64,000 bases of DNA from a virus. Shown here one piece after another: positions 39,701 to 49,677 of this stretch. Where the stretch lies: the IMG/VR virus record IMGVR_UViG_3300015024_000001, positions 1 through 64,000 of that record; one strand, written 5' to 3'. Below the pieces are notes generated by a model, which saw only the letters and a program-made list of their open reading frames with translations, was not told where the DNA came from and ran no database searches. The position numbers and the translations under genes were made by a program. The first letter of the stretch is position 1; each line of letters begins with the position of its first letter.

Positions 39701-42700
39701 CTAGATACAGCAGATGTTTCTTCTTTTTGTGCTGCATTAGCTCCAACACCTTGCCCACTAGCTGTTTGATTGATTACATCTGTATTACGATTTACAAGTT
39801 TAGATTTAAACTTAGCTCCAAAATTAGTTGTATCCTCAATCTGTTTTGCACCTACAACTATTCTACTTTTTACAGCACTTTTCTGTGCATTATCAAGTTT
39901 AGGATCATTTAAAGTTTCTTCAAGACCTTGTTGTATTACTTTTAATTCAGCTATACGACCTTGTAACTCACTATCAACTCTTGAGGTATCTTCAGCAGTA
40001 ATTTGTGCGCGTCCTGATAATACTTTATTAGCTTTTGTTGTTAAATCTTCACTTAATAATCCTGCTTCTAATTGATTCTTATTTAAGCTACCAATAGCAG
40101 AATCAGTATCAGTCTTAAGTTCAGTTATTTTAGCACTAAATAAATCAATACGATCTACAATATCTTTTGATATAGGGTCATTTTGGTGACGTAATTTATC
40201 GAGTACACCATCATTTAAACCAGCTTGATTTTGTGCAACATCTATTTCTTTATCATAGATATCTAATCCAGATTTAACTTTAGCTTTTCTTTTTTCACGC
40301 TCTTGAGGTGTTACTGCTTTATCTACTTTAAACTTATCATTAAGTTCAGTCTCCTTACGATTTAAAGCTTCTTTTTTAATAGTTTCTTTATCCCCATTGG
40401 CTTCAACAGTTGTAGCGAGTTGACTTATTGCTAAACCAATTGCAAGACCAATACCAGCACCAATAAGAGTTCCAAGTCCAGGTGCTATGCTACCTAAAGT
40501 AGCACCTATACTTGCACCAGCAGAAGCTGCACCAACACCAAAACCTCCCACAACAGCCGCTCCGATTGCTACAGAACCACCAGCTAATGCACCAGTAATT
40601 GCCCCTGCCGCACCACCAGCAACTATACCTGCTGTACCTATTGAAAGTATACCTGTTGTATCAGTTTCTAATTTCTTTCTTGCTTGTCCACCATCAGTAG
40701 CACTAGCAAGACCTAATCTATTATCACGTATCTCTCCTAAAGTTTGTGTTAAAAATTCATCACTAGTACGAAAATCTTTTGTAGCGAGTTGTGTTTGTAA
40801 CCTCTCTCTACGTATGCCTGTTGCATTACCAACAGCTTTTTGTATATTCTTTTCTTGTCTCTCAGATTTAACTTTTTTAGTAGCTTCTTCTTCTGATAAA
40901 CCACCTTTTACTAAAGACTCTATTCTTTTTTGTTCTGTTAAAGCTCTATTAGTACTTTCAATAGCTTGAGTTCTTTTCTTTTCAGCTTCAGCATTCTTTT
41001 CTATGGTATCTGCTCTAAAAGCATTGGATTGTTGAAAACGATCAAATATAGCAAAACCAACTGCGAGAGCAGCTAAACCCAGAGTTAATGGATTTAAAAA
41101 TTGTGAAATTAAAGAACCACCTAATGATAATAAACCTTTACCAGCATTAATAATCCCTGTTTTTAATAAACCAAGACCACTACCAGCCGAAGAGAATAAT
41201 TTACCTACAGCCTGACCTACATTAGATATACCTTGAGAAGTACCTGCTAAACGTAAAGCTTGGTCTACTTCTCTAATTGAACCTGTACTACGACTAAAAG
41301 GTACTGTAATAGCAGTAAGGACACGTGCAATACCTTGACCAACTTTACTAAAAGCCTCACCAGCTACTACTGTCCTTACAAAAGATTTTTCAAGTTCACC
41401 ATTTTTATTTAATAAACCTTGTGTACCAGTTGAAGCTTGTATTAGTGATTGTGATAAATTTGTAATAAGTTTAGAATTAGTAGGTTGCTGTGTTTTAGCT
41501 TCTTCTAATGATGCTTGTATATTTTGAATAGGTGTAACTTTTTGTAGTTTACCCTGATTATTAAGAGTTTTAGAGTAAGGAGATACAGCTTCAGCAGCAC
41601 TAGCAGATCTAGCACGTAACTCTGTAGCCGTATCTGCTGTAATAGTGCCTTTTGCTACTTCATTTCGTAATAGACTCTCTTGTTCTAATTTTAACTTACC
41701 AACTTCTGCAATTTTATCACGTTGCTTAATAGATGATTTCTCAATATTTTTACTATTAGCACCTTGTTGAGTAACTGTACCTTGACCTTCTTTAGATTTT
41801 AATGCAGATAGTTCTTCTTCTAAAGCTAAGACTTCAGCTTTAGCAGCTTCAATTTGTTCAATGTTTAAATTAATAGGTTTTTCAGATGCAATTTGTATAT
41901 CTTTTAAAGCTACTTCTATTTCTCTTATTTGATGAACAACTTTTTTAGCTTCTTCTGTATCAGAACCTCCGGGTATTGCAGAGAAACCAGCAGACTTTGC
42001 TTTTAATTCATCTAACTTACCTTCTAGACCTTTTTTAACATCTTTACTTGTATCTATACCAATAATTTGTTTTAGTGCTGAACCATAATCACCAAGACTA
42101 ATAATAGAATTACTAATTAGCTTGCCTTGACTTATTAATCCACCACTAAATAAATTATTAAATATATTAATTGTTGCCAATATACCAACAACAGATAAGA
42201 AAGCACCACCTAAAGATGATACAACACCAACAACTTTACCTACTGTATCTCCTACAACTAAGATCGTAGAAATAAATTGTTTAACCCCAGGTAGATCAGC
42301 AAGTACTTCAGTACTACTAACAAATATATCAAGACTTTTAATAGCCCCATCAGTAAAACCTGTAAATGATCCACCAAGTTCAGCTACAAGTTCTTCAGCT
42401 TTAGTTGATATACCTCTTAGTTTTATTGTGGGATCTTCTTGTACTTCGCCAAATACTAAGTTAAGTTTAGCAGGTGAACTGTTAGAAACAGCTGCTAATG
42501 AATCAGCAAATAACGCACCACCTTGAGCTGCCAATGCAAGAGCTGCTTGTAAAGCACGAGATTCAGGTATTATTTCACGAATGATTGAGACATTACCATT
42601 AGCTGCTTTAAAAACATCTGTAAGGGCATTACCAAGTCCTTTAGCTTGTACTGTTGCTAAATCAAACTTAACAGCCTGACCATTCAAAGAAAGCTCTCCT

Positions 42701-43821
42701 AGAGCCTTCACAGCTTGAGGTGTCTGAGATGCTAATGTACGAAATAATGCTTCAATACCTGTTAATGCTTCAGGTGTGGATGTACCTTGTGTTGTAATAG
42801 TAGCAACAGCAGCACCTAATTGATTAAGGTCAATACCAAAAGCTTTAGCCGTAACAGCAGTCTCTGCAAAACCAGCGGAAAGCTCAGGTATAGTCGTTAT
42901 ACCAACTTCAACAACTGCATTTAATTTAGCTGCAACATCACCTGCTTTAGATGCTTCAAGACCATATGCCCTTAAAGATTTAGTAACTAGTTCTGCCGTA
43001 GAAAAGAAGTCATTAAAACCAACAACAGATAATTTTGCAGATGCTTCAGCAATTTGTCGTGAATCACCAGAATTAGTAAAACCAGCAGATGCAATTTGAT
43101 ACTGACCAGCAACAATATCACTAGCAGATACAGCACCATTTAAGTCTTTTGATAATCTTTTAGCCTCATTACCAACACCACGTAACTCATCTTTTGAAAT
43201 TTTAAGAATAGTATTAAGTTTAGTTAGATTAAGAGTAAAACTAATATCTTGTGTTTGTGATGCTGTACGAAAGGCTTGTAAAGCTTCTATATTACCAAAT
43301 AAACCAGCTCTAAATAAATCAAGTTCATGTATAGCTGTTGTATTAATTCCTAGAGAATCAGAAAGATCAAGACCTTTTGATTTATCATTTAAAGAGGCAA
43401 AAGCATCTACTATACCTTTTATTGGTACAGTTACTATTTGAATATCTTGTTGTAGTTGAAAGAAAGATCCCGCAACGACAGCAACAGCAGAGCCAACTTG
43501 AAATAATTCTTTGCCAACACCTTTTAAAGTAAAACCAAATGCATCAATACCCTGTTCTGCCGCTTTTATAATTTTAACTGTATTCTGAGCAGACTTACCT
43601 ACTTGATCAAAATCTCTAACTAATCCCGATATATTATTAGATACATCATCTTTAAATTTAACTACATAAGTTAAACTTTGATCTAATTGTTTTTTCAAAT
43701 TAGTAAATATATCTTCTTGTTTTATAGATACTGGTAAAACAGGAGTTGCAATAGGCGCAATAGGTTTACTAGCAATAAAATTAGAAAAATCAGGATTAGT
43801 TAAAGGTGTTGGTGTGACCAT
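36793..43821 (-). CDS. tail tape measure protein
   Basis: 2342 aa, helical and Ala/Gln/Lys-rich; TP901-type core (GQYQIASAG...G.TTIPEL...LGAAVATIT..G...EA); follows G/GT genes. Confidence 0.92.
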   Translation of the reverse strand: MVTPTPLTNPDFSNFIASKPIAPIATPVLPVSIKQEDIFTNLKKQLDQSLTYVVKFKDDVSNNISGLVRDFDQVGKSAQNTVKIIKAAEQGIDAFGFTLKGVGKELFQVGSAVAVVAGSFFQLQQDIQIVTVPIKGIVDAFASLNDKSKGLDLSDSLGINTTAIHELDLFRAGLFGNIEALQAFRTASQTQDISFTLNLTKLNTILKISKDELRGVGNEAKRLSKDLNGAVSASDIVAGQYQIASAGFTNSGDSRQIAEASAKLSVVGFNDFFSTAELVTKSLRAYGLEASKAGDVAAKLNAVVEVGITTIPELSAGFAETAVTAKAFGIDLNQLGAAVATITTQGTSTPEALTGIEALFRTLASQTPQAVKALGELSLNGQAVKFDLATVQAKGLGNALTDVFKAANGNVSIIREIIPESRALQAALALAAQGGALFADSLAAVSNSSPAKLNLVFGEVQEDPTIKLRGISTKAEELVAELGGSFTGFTDGAIKSLDIFVSSTEVLADLPGVKQFISTILVVGDTVGKVVGVVSSLGGAFLSVVGILATINIFNNLFSGGLISQGKLISNSIISLGDYGSALKQIIGIDTSKDVKKGLEGKLDELKAKSAGFSAIPGGSDTEEAKKVVHQIREIEVALKDIQIASEKPINLNIEQIEAAKAEVLALEEELSALKSKEGQGTVTQQGANSKNIEKSSIKQRDKIAEVGKLKLEQESLLRNEVAKGTITADTATELRARSASAAEAVSPYSKTLNNQGKLQKVTPIQNIQASLEEAKTQQPTNSKLITNLSQSLIQASTGTQGLLNKNGELEKSFVRTVVAGEAFSKVGQGIARVLTAITVPFSRSTGSIREVDQALRLAGTSQGISNVGQAVGKLFSSAGSGLGLLKTGIINAGKGLLSLGGSLISQFLNPLTLGLAALAVGFAIFDRFQQSNAFRADTIEKNAEAEKKRTQAIESTNRALTEQKRIESLVKGGLSEEEATKKVKSERQEKNIQKAVGNATGIRRERLQTQLATKDFRTSDEFLTQTLGEIRDNRLGLASATDGGQARKKLETDTTGILSIGTAGIVAGGAAGAITGALAGGSVAIGAAVVGGFGVGAASAGASIGATLGSIAPGLGTLIGAGIGLAIGLAISQLATTVEANGDKETIKKEALNRKETELNDKFKVDKAVTPQEREKRKAKVKSGLDIYDKEIDVAQNQAGLNDGVLDKLRHQNDPISKDIVDRIDLFSAKITELKTDTDSAIGSLNKNQLEAGLLSEDLTTKANKVLSGRAQITAEDTSRVDSELQGRIAELKVIQQGLEETLNDPKLDNAQKSAVKSRIVVGAKQIEDTTNFGAKFKSKLVNRNTDVINQTASGQGVGANAAQKEETSAVSSINNIRKALETDTDASRNAIPSLLDSLKVSSENLESLDINKFQDVTDKISNLINLKDTNGSSLISKLDAKVVLGVINTVTDNVAKLAADKVGKLETSARRLQGLASNSEVAGSTVAKESIDQTEIQVIDIKIKAQEKIAAAKQGSAVKEKALNDLAQLQLDKKNKTIEARITKEINASNLLYDREKARLGLSQTDLEIKQQIFEKFGIRDEGGKNSTSIANNKEKQFQLDQKKERDDFLRQQKASIEQSQASVQTNLIAPISLGLESKGSKFDSDSFVKEQDKLQTRLENRTESANDLYNQQVIVDKMNGKMNGNTDIISKDKYGTVIRKTKDSDNRAKADLKIQNAEQDFEKDSAVLASRKGLAEVQFAQQNTIKNPNFSLSNLTKTITGQGQKDNQTDEIKRKQLELSKAFNDKQEGDRKQAALQKQLLIYDGIIKDLEVVKNIEQDRLNITVATTNAVLGTNSIVGAQQGLKVQLTENQQNYDLEKKRLDLKEKALRETGTFTPEAQKDLKAQRDIFDNKFKNDQAVTTFQGRKDIAEKSSASIQESLSSTVTLAGTLKQIDITYVSQANSLGIIGLNNKLQVTAATESLSLEREKLTLQEAALKSSGNLTVEAKKEIDTKRKILDNQFASQVISLQFNAKQESLDLIANKLKSTIENKVKGLTLQKDALSTFAGSFDSEDRSKDAVAARKLAGALSINIAVQQAALEENLLKIQQQKTKSTLEETQARLKLIDIELSFKEQDAKTPEQKAAIADARKSIAGLQNNVTSQLAELPTQFAQQQQLQKQQSILAASTASLNYTKEFDPANLKTARQQFLAVNAVNLRQPVGDASVNATVRSLNQQVQLNDNIAEPPKARNDIVRTFRNADGSISNINPDPSAQIDYARAKNEERIGIANQRQEAQVKLLQDGSITNVTDKNNTSQTNGASNNAFTVNVNVNGNADTAVANDIGKSVRQELLELSRRFQ

Positions 43822-44271
43822 TTATTTAATAGGCTTTCTATATTGATCTAACTCTAATAATTGTTCAACTGTTAATTCAGCATGACGACCTTGTGCAATT
43901 AAAAGTTCTATTTCAGGTGAAATAATCTTCTTTTCTATGGTCTTAGGTTTAGGAGTCCAAGTTTTACATTTCTCTATAAGTGATTTATATGTAATCTGTA
44001 GACTACCAAACTCTAGTATCTCATCTTCTAATAGTAAAAGTAAATCCTGTAATTTATTATTTTCTCTTTCTTGGTTACGTTCATCAGGAGGCGTTTTAAT
44101 TTGTCCTTGTGTTTCAAGCATGTTCTCAAGTGTTACATGATCAAAATTATGCCATAACCATTCAGCAGAGTGAGGATTTACTTCTACTAGTTGAGCTAAG
44201 AAGTCAGCATCTAGGTCGCCTGTGCCGAAGCTAGAGTATCTGCTAAACGTTTGCTGTCCATCATCTTTCCC
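43822..44271 (-). CDS. tail assembly chaperone, frameshifted GT portion
   Basis: -1 frame is open from GGGAAAG (44271-44265) through ...DLDADFLAQL...MLETQGQ to the stop adjacent to the tape measure start. Confidence 0.8.
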   Translation of the reverse strand, partial: GKDDGQQTFSRYSSFGTGDLDADFLAQLVEVNPHSAEWLWHNFDHVTLENMLETQGQIKTPPDERNQERENNKLQDLLLLLEDEILEFGSLQITYKSLIEKCKTWTPKPKTIEKKIISPEIELLIAQGRHAELTVEQLLELDQYRKPIK

Positions 44272-44660
44272 AAAGCCACTGTATAGTCAAAATGATGTAA
44301 GGAAGCAATAATAGATGGAGTAAGAGGATCATAAGAACCATCTTCTTTATAAGATGAGGAACAAAAAATACGTGCCATTTGTTCATAGTCATCTTCAAGC
44401 TTACTAAAATCTACAGATTCATCACCAATTGTAGATAGCATTTCCAAAGTCAACTGCATATTTTGATATGCATCATCATTCATCATTAGTGCAGCAAAAG
44501 ATAAATTAGAGTTAATATAAATCTCCCACAATTGCTTCTGTAGTTCATATAGGTCACTCAATTTATCACGAGTAACGCGCTTAATATGTACAACAGTGCC
44601 ATCATTATAGATAAGCTTCTCAGTACGAATATCTCTTTTCTCTTTCTTTACAATTGACAT
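44211..44660 (-). CDS. tail assembly chaperone (gpG-like)
   Basis: 149 aa upstream of tape measure with G-GGA-AAG near the 3' end. Confidence 0.8.
   Translation of the reverse strand: MSIVKKEKRDIRTEKLIYNDGTVVHIKRVTRDKLSDLYELQKQLWEIYINSNLSFAALMMNDDAYQNMQLTLEMLSTIGDESVDFSKLEDDYEQMARIFCSSSYKEDGSYDPLTPSIIASLHHFDYTVALGKMMDSKRLADTLASAQAT
44265..44271 (-). other. -1 programmed ribosomal frameshift site GGGAAAG
   Basis: phased G GGA AAG, same as the lambda G/GT slippery site. Confidence 0.85.
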
Positions 44661-44665
44661 AGTAT

Positions 44666-45043
44666 TTATTTATCTATAGTATTTGATTCGTAAGACACGA
44701 ATAATAAATTATCCTTGTCTTTTTCATTATATCTTATTTTATAGGTTAAATTATAACCAAGTTGGGTAAAATCTTTATTATCTTCATCTGGTACTAAAAT
44801 ATTATGTATATGTAATATAGTTAGCTTATCATCTTTAGAAAATAATGTAGTTATTAAACCTTTAAAAGTATTATACTCAAAAGTAAAACTATAATTAGTA
44901 TAACGTAGAGCCAAATAATACTGACCTTCTTTTAAACAAACAATGAAATCTATAGGAGCTTTTACATAGAGAGAAGAATTATCTTCTAACAGTAATAAAA
45001 TATTTCCTATAGATTTATATTGTTTGTCAATGATTTTAATCAT
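44666..45043 (-). CDS. hypothetical protein
   Basis: 125-aa ORF in virion block. Confidence 0.6.
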   Translation of the reverse strand: MIKIIDKQYKSIGNILLLLEDNSSLYVKAPIDFIVCLKEGQYYLALRYTNYSFTFEYNTFKGLITTLFSKDDKLTILHIHNILVPDEDNKDFTQLGYNLTYKIRYNEKDKDNLLFVSYESNTIDK

Positions 45044-45044
45044 C

Positions 45045-45890
45045 CTAAGAAGCGGTACGCGCTACACGAGCATTTACAAAATAATCATCAGTATTTAAAG
45101 TAAAGCTGCCTAACTGTACACTTGATACAGATGCAATAGTGGTAGCATCAGAACCAGTTCCAAGTCCATCATAAGCTAGTAAACCAGTCTGTTTATATAT
45201 TTTAAAACTAGCAGTCATAGTATTACCATCGCGGGTATGAGTACCTTCGATATCATACATAATAGCATCAAATAAACCAGGCGTAAAAGCAATAGAGGTT
45301 GCAACATCAGTACCAGTACCAGCAAAATTGCTAGATAGTGTTACAATTCCAGTAGCAGAAACCAAACTCAGAATGCGTACTAAAGGTGTAACTGTTACAC
45401 TAACAGGTGATGCAAATAAAGATGATTCAGTATTGGGTAAGCTAAGATAAACAATACGAGTGGTAATATCAACACGAACAACTGTAGCACTAATAGCAAT
45501 ACCAGTACCAGAGATAGAATCACCACGTTTAGGAAGTGAGTTAGAACCTGTAAATAGAACAAAGTTCTGACTGTGATATACATGAGCAGTACGACTTAAA
45601 GTAGAAGAAATAGGAATGGTAACAGTACCACCTGTAACAGCAGATATAACATCACCAACACGTAGTTTAGCAAAATCTATAATACTAGGTGTAAATGTTG
45701 CGGTATTAGATACTACTGTTAGTCCTACTAAAGTAAAAGGAGTAGCTAATGTATCTTTAGCAGTAATAGGAAGATAAAAAGATTCATTAGAGATATTACC
45801 TACTGTTGGTAAATCTGCCATTGTAAAATTAAAAGGGACAGTCTGTACTGAACTAGTACGGACACCTGTAATTTCGTTTGTAAAAGCCAT
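45045..45890 (-). CDS. virion structural protein (beta-rich)
   Basis: GAGG RBS; Thr/Ser/Val-rich; internal repeat VGDVISAVTG / RGDSISGTG. Confidence 0.6.
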   Translation of the reverse strand: MAFTNEITGVRTSSVQTVPFNFTMADLPTVGNISNESFYLPITAKDTLATPFTLVGLTVVSNTATFTPSIIDFAKLRVGDVISAVTGGTVTIPISSTLSRTAHVYHSQNFVLFTGSNSLPKRGDSISGTGIAISATVVRVDITTRIVYLSLPNTESSLFASPVSVTVTPLVRILSLVSATGIVTLSSNFAGTGTDVATSIAFTPGLFDAIMYDIEGTHTRDGNTMTASFKIYKQTGLLAYDGLGTGSDATTIASVSSVQLGSFTLNTDDYFVNARVARTAS

Positions 45891-45926
45891 ATATAACCTC
45901 TGTATTTGTTCTATTTTTATTATATA

Positions 45927-46424
45927 CTATATTGAAGTATAAATATTGAATGTAGCTGTAACTATATTCATTACAGGTTCATAATTTTCACTAAATGTAG
46001 TATTATAGTTGATAACTAATGGGGAACTTGTATGTATTTTTATATGTGTATCTGCATAAAAGTTAGGTTCAATTATAGCTAACTTTATAACATCACCTAT
46101 TAATGTTGAAAATGCACCTGTGTTACTTTTCCTTGTATAAGCCATACAGTGTTGTAATACAACTGTAGTTAAACTAATACCTGTATTTGGTAATACTGTA
46201 TCTGTTGTTCTATAACCTTTTAATAAAGGATATCCCTGTAATGGCATATCAAATATATTATAGTCAGCAGCAGATTTAACTATGACTATAGGATCAAAAA
46301 CGTAATTCAACGCTTCTTTTATATATTGTACTAATACCTTAAGATAGGTATCTTCAATAGGTGGTGGCACTATTATTGCACCTAACGCCGTTCTAGTACC
46401 TTGTAAATTTATTTCTATGGACAT
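45927..46424 (-). CDS. putative tail terminator/neck protein
   Basis: 165 aa with YPLL motif, directly after the head-tail adaptor. Confidence 0.5.
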   Translation of the reverse strand: MSIEINLQGTRTALGAIIVPPPIEDTYLKVLVQYIKEALNYVFDPIVIVKSAADYNIFDMPLQGYPLLKGYRTTDTVLPNTGISLTTVVLQHCMAYTRKSNTGAFSTLIGDVIKLAIIEPNFYADTHIKIHTSSPLVINYNTTFSENYEPVMNIVTATFNIYTSI

Positions 46425-47047
46425 CTGTAAGAATCTCCATAGTGATTAGGACGATTATCATAGAAATCAACAGGTACTCTACTTCTATTATCTCTAATAA
46501 TACTACCATCCTCACTTTTATCTCTTTCACCTATATAAAAACTTTGAGGAGTTTCTGTAGTATTCCAAAGATCTGTTCCTAAACCTATAGATGTTTTTAC
46601 TATCTCATTTGGTAGAGGAATAAAACGAGATTGTAGCTGTTGTTGATTAGGACTATTTTGTGGTGTTGCTGTAGCACCTATAATTGTAATACCAGTACCA
46701 CTAAATAAAGACTGAAATAAATCTAAAGCTGCTTGTTTTAGAACAGAGATATAATTATTATCACCACCTAAGCCAACATTACCTTCATATACAGATGTTA
46801 ATATATCCGCCATAATTAATTTTTCAGCTACTGCATTTAAAATAGCATGAGGAAATAAAAGAGGTAAGTTATATATAAGTTGTAAATGAGCATTCATCCA
46901 CTCTTCTATTTGACCAGCACTAATGCGAATAAGATTTATACTAACCGTTTGTTGTAAACCAGAAGGGGTGTCACCCAAACCTGTATCTATAAATACTCTA
47001 GTTGCTAAACGCTCTTTAATATTATCAACTATAGTGTAGTACAACAT
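46415..47047 (-). CDS. head-tail adaptor (Mu gp36-like)
   Basis: MLYYTI..IKERL...MNAHLQLIYNLPL..P..ILNAVAEKL. Confidence 0.6.
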   Translation of the reverse strand: MLYYTIVDNIKERLATRVFIDTGLGDTPSGLQQTVSINLIRISAGQIEEWMNAHLQLIYNLPLLFPHAILNAVAEKLIMADILTSVYEGNVGLGGDNNYISVLKQAALDLFQSLFSGTGITIIGATATPQNSPNQQQLQSRFIPLPNEIVKTSIGLGTDLWNTTETPQSFYIGERDKSEDGSIIRDNRSRVPVDFYDNRPNHYGDSYRCP

Positions 47048-47577
47048 TAGATGTCACATAGAAAAGAAATAGAGTTGGAATATGCTGATGATATAAGTTT
47101 ACCAGTACGAGGATCTTTTGTGTACTTAAGACGTAAAGATCGATTATCGGCAATACCTGCTTTAGAACTAGATTTAGAGAAACGATCAGAAGATCCACGA
47201 TTCACTTGTCTAGCCGAACCTGCTGTTAAATCTGTACGTAATGCTGCTTTTCCCTGTAGATGTAGAGAATCACCAAGACTTTTTGTTTTCTTACCTATAG
47301 TTGATTGTAAAGCAGGTGCATTTTCAACACCAACTGAACCATACTTTTTAAGTGCCATAGCTTCTGCTTTTGCATTTAAACTTACAGGTGGTAATAAACG
47401 TTTCTTGGCAATAATCGCTGATCCTATGTCTTGTTTAGCTTTTTGAGTATTTTGTAGCCAGCTTTTAGCTTTATTAACTGTACTACCAAGTTGACCTGTA
47501 ACCTTACTCAAGACACCTGTTTTTAAACCACCCATTGTGCCTACTAAACCAAATTCTGCTGTTGTTGTATATTTCAT
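47047..47577 (-). CDS. basic protein with xxF leader motif (putative internal head protein)
   Basis: MKYTTTAEFG; Lys/Ser-rich; ends AYSNSISFLCDI. Confidence 0.65.
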   Translation of the reverse strand: MKYTTTAEFGLVGTMGGLKTGVLSKVTGQLGSTVNKAKSWLQNTQKAKQDIGSAIIAKKRLLPPVSLNAKAEAMALKKYGSVGVENAPALQSTIGKKTKSLGDSLHLQGKAALRTDLTAGSARQVNRGSSDRFSKSSSKAGIADNRSLRLKYTKDPRTGKLISSAYSNSISFLCDI

Positions 47578-47578
47578 A

Positions 47579-47935
47579 TTACCTGAACCATCCAAATATT
47601 TTATGACCTGTATTTACCCAACCTTTTCCTTCACGAGATACATTAACTACTGTTGATATATTTTTTCGTGTATCATCGAGTGGTCTTCGTTTATCTTCAC
47701 GTTGTAGTCGTTCTTCACGAGCTTTTGCTTGATCTAAACGTCTTTGCTTATAAACAAGTTCTTCTTGTTTATAAGCTAACTTTTTATCCTCTAAGATAGG
47801 ATTTTTCTTTTTACTAGAATTATAAGATTTTACTACTTTACCAGTCTCAAGATAAGAATCTGTATTATCCTTTTGCTCCTCAGTTTCTGATTTTTTAGTA
47901 TTTTGTTTTGCAAAATCTATTATCAAATAGGTCAT
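47579..47935 (-). CDS. basic protein with xxF leader motif
   Basis: MTYLIIDFAK. Confidence 0.7.
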   Translation of the reverse strand: MTYLIIDFAKQNTKKSETEEQKDNTDSYLETGKVVKSYNSSKKKNPILEDKKLAYKQEELVYKQRRLDQAKAREERLQREDKRRPLDDTRKNISTVVNVSREGKGWVNTGHKIFGWFR

Positions 47936-47990
47936 TTTATTCTTATCTTATCACAACTATAAAGAAATTAGCAATATCATATATAGAAGA

Positions 47991-48437
47991 TCAAAGTTTT
48001 TCATTATTTTTCTTTTGATTTCTTAGATTCTGATAAGCTGCTAAACTACCAAGTGCCAAACCACCAGCAACGCCACCAGCAACACCATATTTTGTTTTTA
48101 TTTTAGCAGATTTTTCTCTACCTAAGTTGTTAGCTATTAAAGCTCCGACACCTATACCACTACCAGCACCAACTAAAGAACCTGATATTAGGGCATCAAC
48201 TTTATCTATCTTTTTCTTTTCTATGGACTTATTTTGTTCAGTAAAATTGGCTATATCAGATAATAAATACATATGTTGTGACTCTTTTGTTTCATAAATT
48301 TTTCTGTAGCGTATACCTTTTAAACCTATTTTGTGTTTACGAACCACACCATTACCTGCTGCTGTTTTAAGATCAGGTTTGGCGATTATCTTACCATTTA
48401 TAGTTTTTATTTTTAATTGTCCATTTTTTATAAGCAT
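47991..48437 (-). CDS. basic Gly-zipper protein with internal xxF motif
   Basis: internal MYLLSDIANF (M at 48272), two Gly-rich hydrophobic segments. Confidence 0.65.
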   Translation of the reverse strand: MLIKNGQLKIKTINGKIIAKPDLKTAAGNGVVRKHKIGLKGIRYRKIYETKESQHMYLLSDIANFTEQNKSIEKKKIDKVDALISGSLVGAGSGIGVGALIANNLGREKSAKIKTKYGVAGGVAGGLALGSLAAYQNLRNQKKNNEKL

Positions 48438-48441
48438 AATT

Positions 48442-49677
48442 TTATACAGGGCAGGTAGGTAAAAGACTACCACAGTTATCAAGCTGTCCATCACTTCTCT
48501 TTACTCCATGAAGAGTAAAATCAAGAGTAAACCCATTAGCAATAGAGCCAATAGAAGAAGATTCAGTCACTAGTTGTCCTGCACTATTTCTAGCCTCTAT
48601 AATATTACTTGAAGCATTTTTTATAATCGAAGCTATTGAACCATTTATTCGCATAGGCTTTAACCTATTAGACCCTATAGGAATATCTGCATCATTCAGC
48701 CTAGATGACCATGTAGAAGCACCATAATTAGGATTATGTACAATGTAATCAAACTCTACAACATATTCTATATTGGGACACTGCCCACCAGTAAATCCTG
48801 GTTGTATTATAGCACTCTGACATGCTGCTTGACTAGTATATGGCGTAGGAGTAGATGAGAAAGTACATTGTCCTCCAGAACATTGCCAGTATTGTATAGG
48901 ACAACTTGCTGGAAGATTTCCACAATTATCTGTAGTACCAGCATCTCTTAAACGAATCCCAGTAATTACACCACGACCAGAAACATAACCAATACCATTA
49001 CCACCACTATTGCTACTCAAAAAGATTAATCCATTTGTAGTCTTTAGCTTCCATGTAATAGAAGTCTTACCATTTGTAAGTGTATCTACTCCATAATCCG
49101 TTTCAATAGATTGAATAGCACCTAAAGCGCCAACTTCGCTCAACTCTTGAATGCTCTCTACACCTTGTAGATTTGTTCTATACAGAGTTGAATCTACAAT
49201 ATAAAAGACTGGGCATTGTCCCCCAGTAAATGTTGCTGGTACTAAAAGACTTTGACAATTAGCAAGAGAAGTATAATTACCTAAATAACTCTCTGAACAA
49301 ATTCCACCAGCGCAATCCCAATATTTAATTAAAGAGTTTACACTTGTCAAATAAGTTATTGACCATAAATTAGCTCCTTGATAAACTAGTTGTATAGATT
49401 GTGAACTAGTGAGATTAATACCACCAACTTGTGCTACTGTAATTATTTCATTTGTTACAGGATTTATAATAGAGTATCCACTTGGTAGACCAACTCTCAA
49501 TACAGAAGTACTATTAGTTGCAAGAGAGATTGTATCACCTATAATAATTGTTGAAGGTAATTGTACAGTACTGTTAGTTGTTGCAATATAATTTTTATTA
49601 CTTTGCAAGGTTTGATTTGTAGATATAGGAATAAAAATATTACTGTTGACAGAAGAAAAATAATTATAAACTAACAT
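48442..49677 (-). CDS. Cys-rich virion protein with tandem duplicated module
   Basis: two copies of YWxCxGGxC...YTSxAxCQS...FTGGQCP...DNCGxLxxxCP. Confidence 0.75.
   Translation of the reverse strand: MLVYNYFSSVNSNIFIPISTNQTLQSNKNYIATTNSTVQLPSTIIIGDTISLATNSTSVLRVGLPSGYSIINPVTNEIITVAQVGGINLTSSQSIQLVYQGANLWSITYLTSVNSLIKYWDCAGGICSESYLGNYTSLANCQSLLVPATFTGGQCPVFYIVDSTLYRTNLQGVESIQELSEVGALGAIQSIETDYGVDTLTNGKTSITWKLKTTNGLIFLSSNSGGNGIGYVSGRGVITGIRLRDAGTTDNCGNLPASCPIQYWQCSGGQCTFSSTPTPYTSQAACQSAIIQPGFTGGQCPNIEYVVEFDYIVHNPNYGASTWSSRLNDADIPIGSNRLKPMRINGSIASIIKNASSNIIEARNSAGQLVTESSSIGSIANGFTLDFTLHGVKRSDGQLDNCGSLLPTCPV

Noticed and set aside
8321-47993. Stop-codon reassignment suggested by two apparent in-frame continuations
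   Set aside because: They involve different codons (TAA and TGA), and known genes are full length under the standard code with all three stops used
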